Origin: Patescibacteria group bacterium
Lineage (GTDB): Bacteria; Patescibacteriota; Patescibacteriia; UBA2591; UBA4787
Length of the DNA: 64,000 nucleotides
Reading direction: 5' to 3'
NCBI GenBank assembly: GCA_028715115.1
Contig: JAQUSN010000001.1
Span: 385,746 to 449,745 of the forward strand
Shown here: in pieces, positions 37,271 to 47,821 of the stretch
How positions within the stretch are numbered: position 1 is the first letter of the stretch
How the letters are laid out: each line of letters opens with the position of its first letter
Translations under genes and position numbers: made by a program
The notes under the pieces: model-generated
The model's input: only the letters and a program-made list of their open reading frames with translations
Databases searched by the model: none
What the model was told of the DNA's origin: nothing

Positions 37271-38176
37271 ATGAAAAAAAATTATATTCGTCAAAAACCA
37301 AAAAACATTAAAGTCTGGAGTAAAATAGCCTGCGGCTATTCTAAGTTAGTCGTTCCCAACCGTCCCAGCGACCATGATTGCGCTAATTATGCTCATTATA
37401 TCTATAAAATTTTGAAGGATGTAAATAATCCTAAAATTATGCTGATGGGCTCAACGCCAGAACTGCGTAGCATTTTATATACTTATACTTTTAAGAAAAA
37501 GGCACAAATTTTTACGGTTGATTTATCGGCGGATATGCATCAAGCGATGAGAGAATTCGTTGTGCCGGCCACTAAGCCCGAATTAAAAGAAGAGTTTTTT
37601 TGCGGTTCTTGGTTAAAAACAAATTTTCCTGATAACTTTTTTGATCTAGTTGTAGGCGATGAAGTGATTTGCAATGTTTGCGCCGATCAACATCAAAATT
37701 TATTTGCCGAAATCAACCGCATTTTAAAAAATGGCGGCCATTGGGTAACGCGACATAATTTTTATCTGGCAGAAAATGTCAAACAATCTCCCAAAAGCAT
37801 AATTTTAAATATCGTGGATAATATTAATGACGGAAAATACACTTTTCAATACAGTATAAACATTCTTTATTTACTTTTATTTTATCGTTTAGTTATCGAT
37901 CAAGCTCAACATTGTGTCAATGTAAGTGATGAAATTAAAGTAATCAAAAAAATATTACCAAACATTTCAAATATTAAGCAGCGTCAAACACTGAAGGAAT
38001 TATTAAGAGTATTTGAAAAATACTTCGGAAGCTATAAAAATTATTATTGGTATGTTTTGTCGAAACAGGAAAGCTTAAAAGAATTGAAGGATTATTTTCA
38101 ATTTAAAGGAGAGTTATATGCGAAAGATTATCTGACGGTTCGTCATTCACCAATTTGGTTATTAAAGAAAAAATAA
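37271..38176 (+). CDS. Paralog P8
   Basis: VPNRPSDHD...IMLMGSTPELRSI...TVDLSAD...GSWLKTNFP...FDLVVGDEV...LKNGGHWVTR...SPIWLLKKK. Confidence 0.75.
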   Translation: MKKNYIRQKPKNIKVWSKIACGYSKLVVPNRPSDHDCANYAHYIYKILKDVNNPKIMLMGSTPELRSILYTYTFKKKAQIFTVDLSADMHQAMREFVVPATKPELKEEFFCGSWLKTNFPDNFFDLVVGDEVICNVCADQHQNLFAEINRILKNGGHWVTRHNFYLAENVKQSPKSIILNIVDNINDGKYTFQYSINILYLLLFYRLVIDQAQHCVNVSDEIKVIKKILPNISNIKQRQTLKELLRVFEKYFGSYKNYYWYVLSKQESLKELKDYFQFKGELYAKDYLTVRHSPIWLLKKK

Positions 38177-38177
38177 T

Positions 38178-39026
38178 TTGTTAAATATTATTATGAAAAA
38201 AACAAATTCAATTTCTTGGCATACTAGTGTTGCTGAACGTTGGAAAATTTATGATTCACCGGCACGGCCATCGAAAGGCGAGTGTCAGATAATTCAGGAA
38301 TTTATCAATAGTCATAAAAAAAATCCAAAAATCTTAATCTTAGGTTCTACGCCTGAATTTAGAGATTTGGCGCACAATCTTCGAGCTGAAATAACTTGCG
38401 TAGATGCTAGTTTAGAAATGTTAATAGGCATGTCGGAATTAATGAAACATAAGAATCTAGTTAATCAAGAAATTTGGTTCAGATCCAATTGGTTAACCAT
38501 GCCCGTAACAGAAAATTATTACGATTTTGTCCTGGGCGATCTGGTGGTGACCAATTTACCCTTGCAGCTTCAGCCGGTTTTTTTGAAAAAGATTAAGAGT
38601 ATTTTGAAACCCGGCGGATATTTTATTACCCGCGACTGGTGGCCACCTATCGTAAAGTCGTCTCTTGAATCTGCCATTGACAGATTAAGTAAGCGAGGTA
38701 TTAACAAAAAAAGTATTAATATTTTGACCTGGGATTTATTAAATTTGTCCTACAATTATCAGAAAAAAATTGCTACGACCGACGAAATGTATCGCCTAGT
38801 TAAGGATTTAAGGCAGAAGGGAAAAGATCAAAAAAAGAAAAAATGGCTATCGACATTAATGAAACATGTCGTTTATAACTATCCATTGGGCAAAACCTGG
38901 TTTGTTAAGATGAGACCGGAAGCCGAAAAAACTTTTAGTAAATATTTTCAAATTAAATCGGTTCAGTGTACTAAAGATCATTGTCGAGCCGATCAATGCC
39001 CGATATATTTTCTTAAAAAATCATGA
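38178..39026 (+). CDS. Paralog P9
   Basis: SPARPSKGE...ILILGSTPEFRDL...CVDASLE...SNWLTMPV...YDFVLGD...LKPGGYFITR...CPIYFLKKS. Confidence 0.75.
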   Translation: MLNIIMKKTNSISWHTSVAERWKIYDSPARPSKGECQIIQEFINSHKKNPKILILGSTPEFRDLAHNLRAEITCVDASLEMLIGMSELMKHKNLVNQEIWFRSNWLTMPVTENYYDFVLGDLVVTNLPLQLQPVFLKKIKSILKPGGYFITRDWWPPIVKSSLESAIDRLSKRGINKKSINILTWDLLNLSYNYQKKIATTDEMYRLVKDLRQKGKDQKKKKWLSTLMKHVVYNYPLGKTWFVKMRPEAEKTFSKYFQIKSVQCTKDHCRADQCPIYFLKKS

Positions 39027-39535
39027 TAAATAAAGCAATATCACAGCACCAGTCTTGGGCTTATTTATCTAATACGTGGAGCAAGTATATTGCCCCGCCG
39101 GCAAAGCCTTGCCCAGGACAATTAAAAATTTTTTCTAAACTTATTACTCGCGGAAAATTTTCTTTCCCAAGAAAGGCCCTTATTCTTGGCGCTACGCCAG
39201 AGTTACGTAATTTAGTCTTAAAGCATGGATTTCAAGTAACGGTTTGTGACATAAGTATCGATATGATAAAGGCAATGACGCAATCAGTTATTAAAAATTT
39301 ACGGTACAAAGAAAAAACTATAGTAGGGGATTGGCTATCAATTAATTTACCTAGTCATAGTTTTGATTTAATTATGGGTGACGGTTCCTTAAACCAATTA
39401 CTAGAATCGACTCGGGTTAAAAAACTACTAATAAAAATTAAAAATTTATTATCTCCTCATGGAATTTTGCTTTTTCGAGAGGTGATAAGATCATCAAAAA
39501 AAACCATTAATAAGTTCAGAAAAAGACTGGATTAA
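39023..39535 (+). pseudogene. Paralog P10, N-terminal part (frameshifted/split gene)
   Basis: PPAKPCPGQ...ALILGATPELRNL...VCDISID...GDWLSINLP...FDLIMGD..., but it terminates after 170 aa. The remainder continues in another frame at 39540. Confidence 0.6.
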
Positions 39536-39539
39536 GCTA

Positions 39540-39869
39540 TTGTCTAATAATAAATTATCAAAAATAGATATAGTTAGTTTTTTAAAATATCAAAGCGATG
39601 CTAATCATTATAGTCATTCACCGTCTATAATTGACAGCCTGCCTGTTGCTGATAGAATTAAAAAATTATATCAAGCCGGTAGTTGTTCAAAATCTTTTTA
39701 TACGTGGGCTAATATCGCTTTAGGCAATAAATCAAAACCGGCATTGGTCTTTTTACAAAAAGACCTGGAAGGATTATTAAGAAAATATTTTAAATTAGCT
39801 AGAATTACCCAATGTCATGATTATCACCATTGTAGATATATGCCCTTATATCTCGCTAGGCCAAAATAA
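39540..39869 (+). pseudogene. Paralog P10, C-terminal part
   Basis: Ends in the family C-terminal motif (CRYMPLYLARPK); frame +1 relative to 39023..39535. Confidence 0.55.
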
Positions 39870-39874
39870 ATTTT

Positions 39875-40729
39875 ATGAAAAAACACACTAAAAATATACA
39901 GGCCTGGAAATCTGTCTCCGATGTTTGGGGGTCGCTTAGACCGCCCCTGAGACCGTCGGTAGGGGAGATAAGAATCTATGAAAAATTCTTAAAAAGAATT
40001 TTACCCAAAATTTCATCTCGTCGTGCTTTATTGTTCGGCGCCACGCCGGAATTACGTGATTTATTGGCAAAATATAATTTTCAAGTTACGCTGATTGATA
40101 TTAATCCGGCCATGGTAAATGCAACGACAAAATTGCTTAAACGCAAAAATCACCAAGAAAAAATAATCATTGGTGACTGGCTAAAAACTCCATTAGCACT
40201 ATACAAGTATGATGTAATAATGGGTGATCATATCATGGGCAATGTTAAGTTTAGAAGGTGGGATCAGTTTCTCCGTCGAATTATTGGTTTATTGTCATCT
40301 AATGGTTATTATATCACTAATGTTCAGTTAAAATTTCCGGTGAAGAAAATTATTTCATTCGAAAAATTAATTGATTCATATTTAAAATATCCTAAAAAAT
40401 TCGATAACATAGAATATCAATGGCAAATGTTGTATCAGATGATGTATGGCGATAAAAGATTTTGCGGCTATCCTGATTATTTGATTCTTTGGCCGGCTAT
40501 ACCGCAGATACAAAAGTTTTTAGAAAAGAGTAAAATATTTATGGACAACCACGGGATTGCCAAGTTGGCCAGCAATATCTATGTAAAAGAATTTAAATAT
40601 TCGTCGCCGCCGCGTCAGGTTTTTGAAAAAATATTTAAAAAAAGATTTAAAATTATAGACTCTGATATCAGTAGGAAACATCTTGTTTATCAAAGTTATC
40701 GCATTTATTTGGCAAAGCCATTGAGATAG
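39875..40729 (+). CDS. Paralog P11, the last member of the array
   Basis: PPLRPSVGE...ALLFGATPELRDL...LIDINPA...GDWLKTPL...YDVIMGD...SYRIYLAKPLR. Confidence 0.75.
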   Translation: MKKHTKNIQAWKSVSDVWGSLRPPLRPSVGEIRIYEKFLKRILPKISSRRALLFGATPELRDLLAKYNFQVTLIDINPAMVNATTKLLKRKNHQEKIIIGDWLKTPLALYKYDVIMGDHIMGNVKFRRWDQFLRRIIGLLSSNGYYITNVQLKFPVKKIISFEKLIDSYLKYPKKFDNIEYQWQMLYQMMYGDKRFCGYPDYLILWPAIPQIQKFLEKSKIFMDNHGIAKLASNIYVKEFKYSSPPRQVFEKIFKKRFKIIDSDISRKHLVYQSYRIYLAKPLR

Positions 40730-40756
40730 AGGGGCATCATAGTTATCCACAGATAA

Positions 40757-40783
40757 TTAGCACTCGGACTTGACGAGTGCTAA
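40757..40783 (+). promoter_or_regulatory. CIRCE operator (HrcA binding site), perfect match TTAGCACTC-N9-GAGTGCTAA
   Basis: TTAGCACTCGGACTTGACGAGTGCTAA sits directly upstream of hrcA-grpE-dnaK, overlapping a TTGACG/TATACT promoter-like pair. Confidence 0.85.
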
Positions 40784-40806
40784 TTATTTATTTATACTAT
40801 CTATAT

Positions 40807-41508
40807 ATGATTACTGAACGGCAGGAAAATCTTCTCAAAATAATTTTAAAACATTATATCAAGACCGCTCAGCCGGTTGGTTCTGAGGTTTTAGCCAATA
40901 ATACTGATTTTAAAATTAGTCCGGCTACCATTCGCAACGAGATGGCTAATTTAACCAAAAATGGTTATCTGGAGCAGCCTCATACTTCAGCCGGCAGAAT
41001 TCCCACCGAAAAAGCCTATCATCATTATTTAAATAAATTTTTAAAAGCGGCCGAACCGGTAGTTAACGAAAAAAATAATTTTAAAAAAATTAAATCAGAT
41101 CATCAGGCCCCGGATTTATTGATTAAAAAGATGGCCCAGCAATTGGCTAAATCTTCGGGGGAGTTGGTGGTCGTGGCCACCGATAAGGATAATTTTTATT
41201 ATACAGGACTCTCATTTTTATTTAGCCAGCCCGAGTTTAGTCAAACTGAAAATATTTTTAATATTTCCGAAATGATTGATCATTTAGACTCAATTATGTC
41301 AGAGGTTTTTGATACGGTTTCCGACGATCCGCAAATATTATTGGGTCAAAAAAATCCGTTTAGCCGCCACTGCAGCACAATTTTAACCCGGCTAGAGATT
41401 CCTGAGCAAAAAGAAGACGTTATCTTTGGCTTGCTCGGTCCGGTGCGCATGGATTATGACCAGAATTTAGGCCTGATTAATTACGTTAAAAAGATATTAA
41501 ATAACTAA
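40807..41508 (+). CDS. hrcA: Heat-inducible transcriptional repressor HrcA (short form)
   Basis: N-terminal wHTH ITERQENLLKIIL..YIKTAQPVGSEVL...ATIRNEMANLTKNGYLEQPHTSAGRIPT. Confidence 0.85.
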   Translation: MITERQENLLKIILKHYIKTAQPVGSEVLANNTDFKISPATIRNEMANLTKNGYLEQPHTSAGRIPTEKAYHHYLNKFLKAAEPVVNEKNNFKKIKSDHQAPDLLIKKMAQQLAKSSGELVVVATDKDNFYYTGLSFLFSQPEFSQTENIFNISEMIDHLDSIMSEVFDTVSDDPQILLGQKNPFSRHCSTILTRLEIPEQKEDVIFGLLGPVRMDYDQNLGLINYVKKILNN

Positions 41509-41517
41509 AAATTTATT

Positions 41518-41988
41518 ATGGCCGAAAAAGACAGCAAGAATATAGACGAATTACAAGTTCAAATCGAGGAACTACAGAAAAAAGCCGATGAATATCTTAA
41601 TGGCTGGAAGCACGTCAAAGCTGATTATATTAATCGTGAAAAAGAAATAGAGCGCGAGAAAATTGAATGGGTAAAATTCGCCAACCTAGAAATGATTTTG
41701 CATCTTTTAACCATCCTTGACGCCCTGGATAATTCTATTAAGCATTTACCCAAAGAATTAGCCAATAATGAATGGGCTAAGGGAGTGACGCAGATAAAAC
41801 AGCAGATAGAAGATGTTTTAAAAATACACGGCGTAGAAAGAATAAAAACTTTAGGTGAAAAATTTGATCCGGAATTTCATGAAGCCATTGATAAAAAGGG
41901 CGATGACGGAAAAATAGCCGAGGAAATTCAATCTGGATATTTAATGCACGGTCGGACTATTAGACCGGCCAAAGTAATTATTAAGTAG
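41518..41988 (+). CDS. grpE: Nucleotide exchange factor GrpE
   Basis: Operon position; coiled-coil N-terminus and GrpE C-terminal fold. Confidence 0.9.
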   Translation: MAEKDSKNIDELQVQIEELQKKADEYLNGWKHVKADYINREKEIEREKIEWVKFANLEMILHLLTILDALDNSIKHLPKELANNEWAKGVTQIKQQIEDVLKIHGVERIKTLGEKFDPEFHEAIDKKGDDGKIAEEIQSGYLMHGRTIRPAKVIIK

Positions 41989-42024
41989 ATAAAAAATAAA
42001 ATTTAATTTATTAAGACAAAAATT

Positions 42025-43890
42025 ATGGCAAAGATTATTGGTATCGATTTAGGAACCTCTAACAGCGCTGCTTCTTATATGGAAGCAGGTAAACCCAAAA
42101 TGATTCCTTCGGCCGAAGGAACGACTATGGTTGGCGGGAAAGCCTTTCCGTCATACGTTGCTTTCACTAAGGAAGGCGAACTTTTGGTTGGCGAACCGGC
42201 CCGACGTCAAGCCGTGGCCAATCCGGAAGGAACGGTTTTTGCCGCCAAGCGTAAAATGGGTAGTGATTTTAAATATAAAATTTACGGCAAAGAATATACG
42301 CCGCAACAAATTTGCGCTTTTATTTTGCAAAAAATAAAAAAAGACTCGGAGCTATATTTGGGCGAGAAAGTAGAAAAGGCCGTTATTACCGTCCCGGCTT
42401 ATTTTAACGATGCGCAGCGGCAAGCCACCAAAGATGCCGGCGCCATTGCCGGACTCGAGGTTGTGCGTTTAGTTAATGAACCGACTGCGGCTAGTTTGGC
42501 TTATGGTCTGGATAAAACCCAAGAAAAAGACCAACAGGTTTTAGTTTTTGATTTTGGCGCCGGTACACTCGATGTCACTATTATGAATTTTGGCCAAGGA
42601 GTTTTCGAGGTTCTGTCTACTTCTGGAGATACGCAATTGGGCGGCACGGATATGGATGAAATAATCATTAATTATATTATTAGCGAATTTAAAAAGGATT
42701 CAGGCGTTGATTTAAGCGCCGATAAAATGGCTATGCAGCGGGTTAAAGAAGCGGCCGAAAAGTCAAAAATAGAGCTTTCTTCGGCCTTAGAAACGGAGAT
42801 TAATTTACCCTTCGTGACGGCTACCAAAGACGGCCCAAAACATTTGCTTATGAAAATTACTCGGGCTAAATTAGAAGAATTGGTTAAACCGGTGGTTGAT
42901 CGCTGTCGCGAATCCATTGATCAGGCTATAAATGATGTGAAATTAAAACCGCAAGATATTGAAAAAGTAATTTTAGTCGGTGGTCCGACCAGAATGCCGA
43001 TGGTTCAAAAGTTTATTGAAAATATTTTCGGTTCAAAAATCGCTCGCGGCGTTGATCCGATGGAATGCGTGGCCATGGGCGCGGCCGTTCAGGGAGCTAT
43101 TTTAGCCGGAGAGACGGAAGTCAAAGACGTTTTATTATTAGACGTAACGCCATTAACCCTGGGTATTGAAACTTTAGGCGGGGTAATGACGCCATTAATT
43201 GAACGCAACACCACTATCCCAACTTCTAAATCACAAGTTTTTTCTACCGCAGCCGATAATCAAACTTCGGTTGAGATCCACGCGTTGCAAGGCGAACGGC
43301 CAATGGCTATTGACAATCGAACTCTAGGACGATTTTTGCTCGACGGTATTCCGCCATCACCGCGCGGCATTCCGCAGGTCGAGGTTTCTTTCGATCTCGA
43401 TGCCAATGGCATTCTGACCGTGACGGCTAAAGATAAGGCCACAAATCGTTCTCAACATATTACCATTAAAGACGGCAGCTCGTTGTCAAAAGAAGAAATC
43501 GAAAGGATGAAAAAAGAAGCAGAGAAATTTGCCGCCGAAGATCGCAACAAACGAGAGCTGATTGATTTACGTAATCAGGCCGATACTTTAATTTATACTT
43601 CGGAAAAAGCACTGAAAGATGCGGGTGGTAAAGTTAAACCGGAAGATAAAAAAACAATCGAAGATAAAATAGCTGAAATAAAAAAAACCAAAGACGGCAA
43701 TGATATAGAAGTGATTAAAAAGGCCATTCAAGAATTGGGAGAAGCGATTCAAAAGATCGGCGCGGCCATGTATAGTAATCAGCCAGGCGGCGGACAAGCT
43801 GGTCAGCAATCACCGCAAGAAGGAAAAGAAAATCCGCCCACTGGCGGAGATCAGGGGCCGATAGAAGGTGAATACGAAGAGAAAAAGTAA
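42025..43890 (+). CDS. dnaK: Chaperone DnaK (Hsp70)
   Basis: [18 protein letters not shown]-like and [19 protein letters not shown] motifs. Confidence 0.97.
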   Translation: MAKIIGIDLGTSNSAASYMEAGKPKMIPSAEGTTMVGGKAFPSYVAFTKEGELLVGEPARRQAVANPEGTVFAAKRKMGSDFKYKIYGKEYTPQQICAFILQKIKKDSELYLGEKVEKAVITVPAYFNDAQRQATKDAGAIAGLEVVRLVNEPTAASLAYGLDKTQEKDQQVLVFDFGAGTLDVTIMNFGQGVFEVLSTSGDTQLGGTDMDEIIINYIISEFKKDSGVDLSADKMAMQRVKEAAEKSKIELSSALETEINLPFVTATKDGPKHLLMKITRAKLEELVKPVVDRCRESIDQAINDVKLKPQDIEKVILVGGPTRMPMVQKFIENIFGSKIARGVDPMECVAMGAAVQGAILAGETEVKDVLLLDVTPLTLGIETLGGVMTPLIERNTTIPTSKSQVFSTAADNQTSVEIHALQGERPMAIDNRTLGRFLLDGIPPSPRGIPQVEVSFDLDANGILTVTAKDKATNRSQHITIKDGSSLSKEEIERMKKEAEKFAAEDRNKRELIDLRNQADTLIYTSEKALKDAGGKVKPEDKKTIEDKIAEIKKTKDGNDIEVIKKAIQELGEAIQKIGAAMYSNQPGGGQAGQQSPQEGKENPPTGGDQGPIEGEYEEKK

Positions 43891-43925
43891 TATAGAGAAA
43901 AAATATTATAATTGATAGAGCAGAG

Positions 43926-43972
43926 AAAACCAGGCTAAGCTTAAAGGTTTGGCCTGGTTTTTATGTCGTAAT
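43926..43972 (+). terminator. Terminator-like hairpin after dnaK
   Basis: AAAACCAGGC...GCCTGGTTTTT. Confidence 0.5.
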
Positions 43973-44099
43973 TTGCTGCAATTTCCTGTTGCGAAGCGAA
44001 CAGGTCAGGGTCTTGCTTCTGGGGATTAATACCCTTTATTTTTCTCAAAAATCTGTTAAAATATTGCCTATATAATCTGCGCCCTTTTCTTTTAATAAT

Positions 44100-45395
44100 A
44101 TGGACCTACAGACCCTGGACATAGACTTTTCCCCAGTTTTATCTATTCTGCAACAGCCGCCAGAATTAATCTTATGGAATATTTTCATTTATGGTGGCTG
44201 GGTTATACTTTTGATTTTAATTTTTATAGGAGCCTGGGATTACTGGGTTTTTTATATTAGAAGAAAATATCGGGAATCACTGCAATATATTTTATTAACT
44301 ATTGATGTGCCAAAAAATAACGAACAAGGACCCGAAACGGTTGAGAGGTTGTTTGCCGAATTAGTAGGGGCTCGTTCAGGCGGATCAAAATTGGATATTT
44401 ATTTTAAAGGCTACATTCAATCTTCTTTTTCTTTTGAGCTTGTTAGTTTGGGCGGACACGTCCGTTATTTTATTCGTTTACCAGCTCAATTCCGTGATAT
44501 GGTTGAAGCGGCAATTTATAGCGCCTATCCCGAGGCGCAAATTAGCGAAGTTGACGATTATACCGCGGAAATGCCTGATCATTTTCCTGACGAAGAATAT
44601 GATTGTTGGGCGAGTGATTTAATTTTATACAATAAAGAATTTTACCCCATTAGAACCTATCCGTCCTTCGAGCATTCTTTAAGTAAAGAGTTGAAAGATC
44701 CTCTCGGGGTTTTGTTGGAGCTGATGAGTAAATTACAATCAGGAGAACAGCTATGGATGCAATTGATTTTGACGCCAATTAGCAATGACTGGAAAAAACA
44801 GGCGGATAATTTTGTTAAAAAAATGTTGGGCATAAAAGTTCCGGTTAGCAAAAGCAGTGCTGAAAAAATATTAGAGATCCCGATAAAATTATTAAGTGCG
44901 ATTGGTGGCATTTTTTTTACTGCGCCCGAAGCTACCAAAAAAGAAGAGAAAAAAGAAATTAACCTTTCTCCGGGCGAGCGCAAATCTTTAGATGGAGTTC
45001 AAAACAAAGCATCAAAAACCGGTTTTAAGGTAAAATTTAGAACAGTCTATGTTGCCAAGAAAGAAGTTTTCTCCAAGAATCGGGGCGTGGTCGGGTTTTT
45101 GGGAGCCATTAACCAGTTTAATACTTTGGACATGAATGGTTTTAAGCCGGACGACAAGGCTAAAACCAGTAAACCAATGTTTTTTGGCGCTAGTGCTTTA
45201 GCTAAGAAGCAAACCAGCTTGATGCGCGCTTATAAACAAAGAGACCGTTTTTTTGGCGCTAAAAATTTCATTTTAAACGTAGAAGAATTGGCGACGCTTT
45301 ATCATTTCCCGGTTACTATTTCCTCTAAAGTACCGTTAATTAAAAAGACCGGCAGTAAGCGAGCTGAACCGCCGCTAGAATTGCCAACCGGTTAA
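44100..45395 (+). CDS. Hypothetical membrane-anchored protein (431 aa)
   Basis: N-terminal TM helix; no recognisable catalytic motif. Confidence 0.5.
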   Translation: MDLQTLDIDFSPVLSILQQPPELILWNIFIYGGWVILLILIFIGAWDYWVFYIRRKYRESLQYILLTIDVPKNNEQGPETVERLFAELVGARSGGSKLDIYFKGYIQSSFSFELVSLGGHVRYFIRLPAQFRDMVEAAIYSAYPEAQISEVDDYTAEMPDHFPDEEYDCWASDLILYNKEFYPIRTYPSFEHSLSKELKDPLGVLLELMSKLQSGEQLWMQLILTPISNDWKKQADNFVKKMLGIKVPVSKSSAEKILEIPIKLLSAIGGIFFTAPEATKKEEKKEINLSPGERKSLDGVQNKASKTGFKVKFRTVYVAKKEVFSKNRGVVGFLGAINQFNTLDMNGFKPDDKAKTSKPMFFGASALAKKQTSLMRAYKQRDRFFGAKNFILNVEELATLYHFPVTISSKVPLIKKTGSKRAEPPLELPTG

Positions 45396-45398
45396 CAT

Positions 45399-46676
45399 AT
45401 GTATCATAAAGAAAAATTAGTTAATGGCCTAAATTTAATCACCGTGCCGATTAAAAATACTCGTGCGGTGAGTATTTTAGTATTGGTGCCGGTTGGCTCC
45501 CGTTACGAAACAAAAAAAATAAATGGCTCGACCCATTTTATCGAACATATGATGTTTAAGGGAACTAAAAAAAGGCCAAACAATTTTTTACTTAGCCGGG
45601 AGTTAGATGCATTGGGCGCTGAATATAATGCTTTTACTAGTAAAGACATGACGGCGTATTGGATTAAATTAGACAAAGATTATTTAGATAAGGGCGTGGA
45701 AATAATTTCTGATATGTTATTTCATTCTTTATTTAACGAAAAAGAGTTCGAGAGGGAAAGAGGAGTGATTATAGAAGAAATAAAAATGTATGAAGATAAT
45801 CCGATGATGTATATTGATACGCTTTTTGAAGAAACAGTTTTCGGTAATTCTCCTTTGGGCTGGCCTATTAGTGGTCGTATAGACGATATTAAAAATTTAG
45901 CCCTTCAGCAACTTTTATCTTTCAAATCAAAATTTTATTTTTTAGAAAATATGTTAATGGTCGTTTCTGGAGATTTCAGAAAAGACAGTCTAGTTAAATT
46001 ACTCAAAGGCCACTTCTTGCCGCCGGCGAAAAAATCGCTCAAGAAAGGTTTTAAAAAGCATTCTTTTTTATCTCAACATGCTCCGAAGCTTGAAATATTA
46101 AATAAAAAAAGCCAACAGGTACAGTTGGCGATAGGTTTTCCGGCTTATTCATGCCATCACAAAAATATTAATGCCCTAACCTTGCTTTCGATTATTTTGG
46201 GCGGAAATATGAGTTCAAGATTATTCAGTGAGATTAGGGTCAAGAGGGGATTGGCTTATGCTATTAGAGCTGACTTAAGCGTTTATCAGGACACTGGCCT
46301 TTTTTCTGTGCAAGCAGGAGTAGACAAAAATAAGCTTGATGAGGCGATTAAGGTCATTTTAGAAGAATTGGTTAAGGTTAAAAGGGCGGGCGTGAGTCGA
46401 GAAGAATTATCGCGGGTTAAAACATTTTTCGCCGGAAAATTAAGTTTAGACTTAGAGGACTCTGCTTCAATGGCGAGTTGGTATGGCCGACAAGAATTAC
46501 TAATCGGAAAAACATTAACACCGGAACAAAAAATAAAAATGATCAATAAAATTAATGGTAATGTGATAAATCAGGTCGCGAAAGACGTTTTTAGGGCCGA
46601 TAAATTATGCGCGGCGGTAATTGGCGAATCCGTAGACCGCCCGAAGCTCTTGTCTATTTTAAGGGCGGGTTTATAA
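45399..46676 (+). CDS. Peptidase M16 (insulinase/pitrilysin family)
   Basis: Inverted zinc motif HFIEHMMFKGT (HxxEH). Confidence 0.8.
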   Translation: MYHKEKLVNGLNLITVPIKNTRAVSILVLVPVGSRYETKKINGSTHFIEHMMFKGTKKRPNNFLLSRELDALGAEYNAFTSKDMTAYWIKLDKDYLDKGVEIISDMLFHSLFNEKEFERERGVIIEEIKMYEDNPMMYIDTLFEETVFGNSPLGWPISGRIDDIKNLALQQLLSFKSKFYFLENMLMVVSGDFRKDSLVKLLKGHFLPPAKKSLKKGFKKHSFLSQHAPKLEILNKKSQQVQLAIGFPAYSCHHKNINALTLLSIILGGNMSSRLFSEIRVKRGLAYAIRADLSVYQDTGLFSVQAGVDKNKLDEAIKVILEELVKVKRAGVSREELSRVKTFFAGKLSLDLEDSASMASWYGRQELLIGKTLTPEQKIKMINKINGNVINQVAKDVFRADKLCAAVIGESVDRPKLLSILRAGL

Positions 46677-46753
46677 TGTTTATAAGGATTAATTTTGTTA
46701 TTAATACTTGCTTGGTAAAAAGTTTAGTTTAATACCCTTTATTTTTAATTTTT

Positions 46754-47812
46754 ATGACTGAACCTACGTCAAATATCGATGATTTAAATAAACCACAAAT
46801 CAAGAATGTTTTAGTAAAAATTGACTTTTGGTCTGCATTAAAATTGTTGATTTTCTTGGCAATTTTATTTTTATTTTATGTTTTAAGGGATATTTTGATT
46901 TTATTTTTAGCGGCCATGGTTTTGTCTTTTATTCTTTCGCCTATAGTTGATTTTTTGGAAAAAAGAAAATGGCCGAGGATTTTGGCGACCATTTCGATTT
47001 ATTTATTTGTTGTGCTTTTTATAATTAGTATTGTTTTGCCGTTAATTCCCGTGTTGACACAAGAAATCAATCTTTTGATTCAAAAATTACCCAATTACTA
47101 TGATAGTGTTAATAATTACTTTAAAATCTCCAATAAGAGCTTGACGCAGATTACCGGGGATTTGATCAATTCCTGGTTTAGTAGTCTTAATACGACCACC
47201 ACGGGTGTTTTTAATATTTTAGGTACGGTGGTGGGCTGGTTGTTTGTGATGATAATGATTTTCGTTATGGCTTTTTACATGACCTTGCACAAGATTTTTT
47301 TAAAAGAATTATTTAAGAAGCTTATTCCGGCTAAATATGCCACCAATGCCGGCAGGATGATAGAATTAATTCAAAAAGATTTAAGCAACTGGGCCAGAGG
47401 TGTGCTTATATCGGCCCTGTTTGTTGGCGTGATTAGCTTTATTGGTTTGTCGGTTATCGGTATTAAATTCGCTTTGTTTCTTGGTTTCTTCGCCGCAGTT
47501 TGTGAGTTGATTCCATGGATAGGCTCTTGGATATCGGCTATTTTAGCAATTTTAGTTGGATTTACTCAAGCGCCAATGTATGCTTTGTTCGTGGCTATAT
47601 TTTATATAGTGATTCAACAAGTGCAAGGAAATTTAATTACGCCAAAAATAATGCAGCGAGCCATAGGCATTGATCCATTATTTGTCATTATGGCAATTTT
47701 AATCGGTGGTAAATTAGCCGGTCCCCTGGGTATAGTTTTGGCTGTGCCGACCTTTACGATTATTATGATTATTTTTAAAGAATATTGGCATTTTAAAAAA
47801 TCAGTTAATTAA
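46754..47812 (+). CDS. AI-2E family transporter (UPF0118/PerM-like)
   Basis: Eight TM helices and a family-typical topology. Confidence 0.7.
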   Translation: MTEPTSNIDDLNKPQIKNVLVKIDFWSALKLLIFLAILFLFYVLRDILILFLAAMVLSFILSPIVDFLEKRKWPRILATISIYLFVVLFIISIVLPLIPVLTQEINLLIQKLPNYYDSVNNYFKISNKSLTQITGDLINSWFSSLNTTTTGVFNILGTVVGWLFVMIMIFVMAFYMTLHKIFLKELFKKLIPAKYATNAGRMIELIQKDLSNWARGVLISALFVGVISFIGLSVIGIKFALFLGFFAAVCELIPWIGSWISAILAILVGFTQAPMYALFVAIFYIVIQQVQGNLITPKIMQRAIGIDPLFVIMAILIGGKLAGPLGIVLAVPTFTIIMIIFKEYWHFKKSVN

Positions 47813-47821
47813 AACAAAGAT

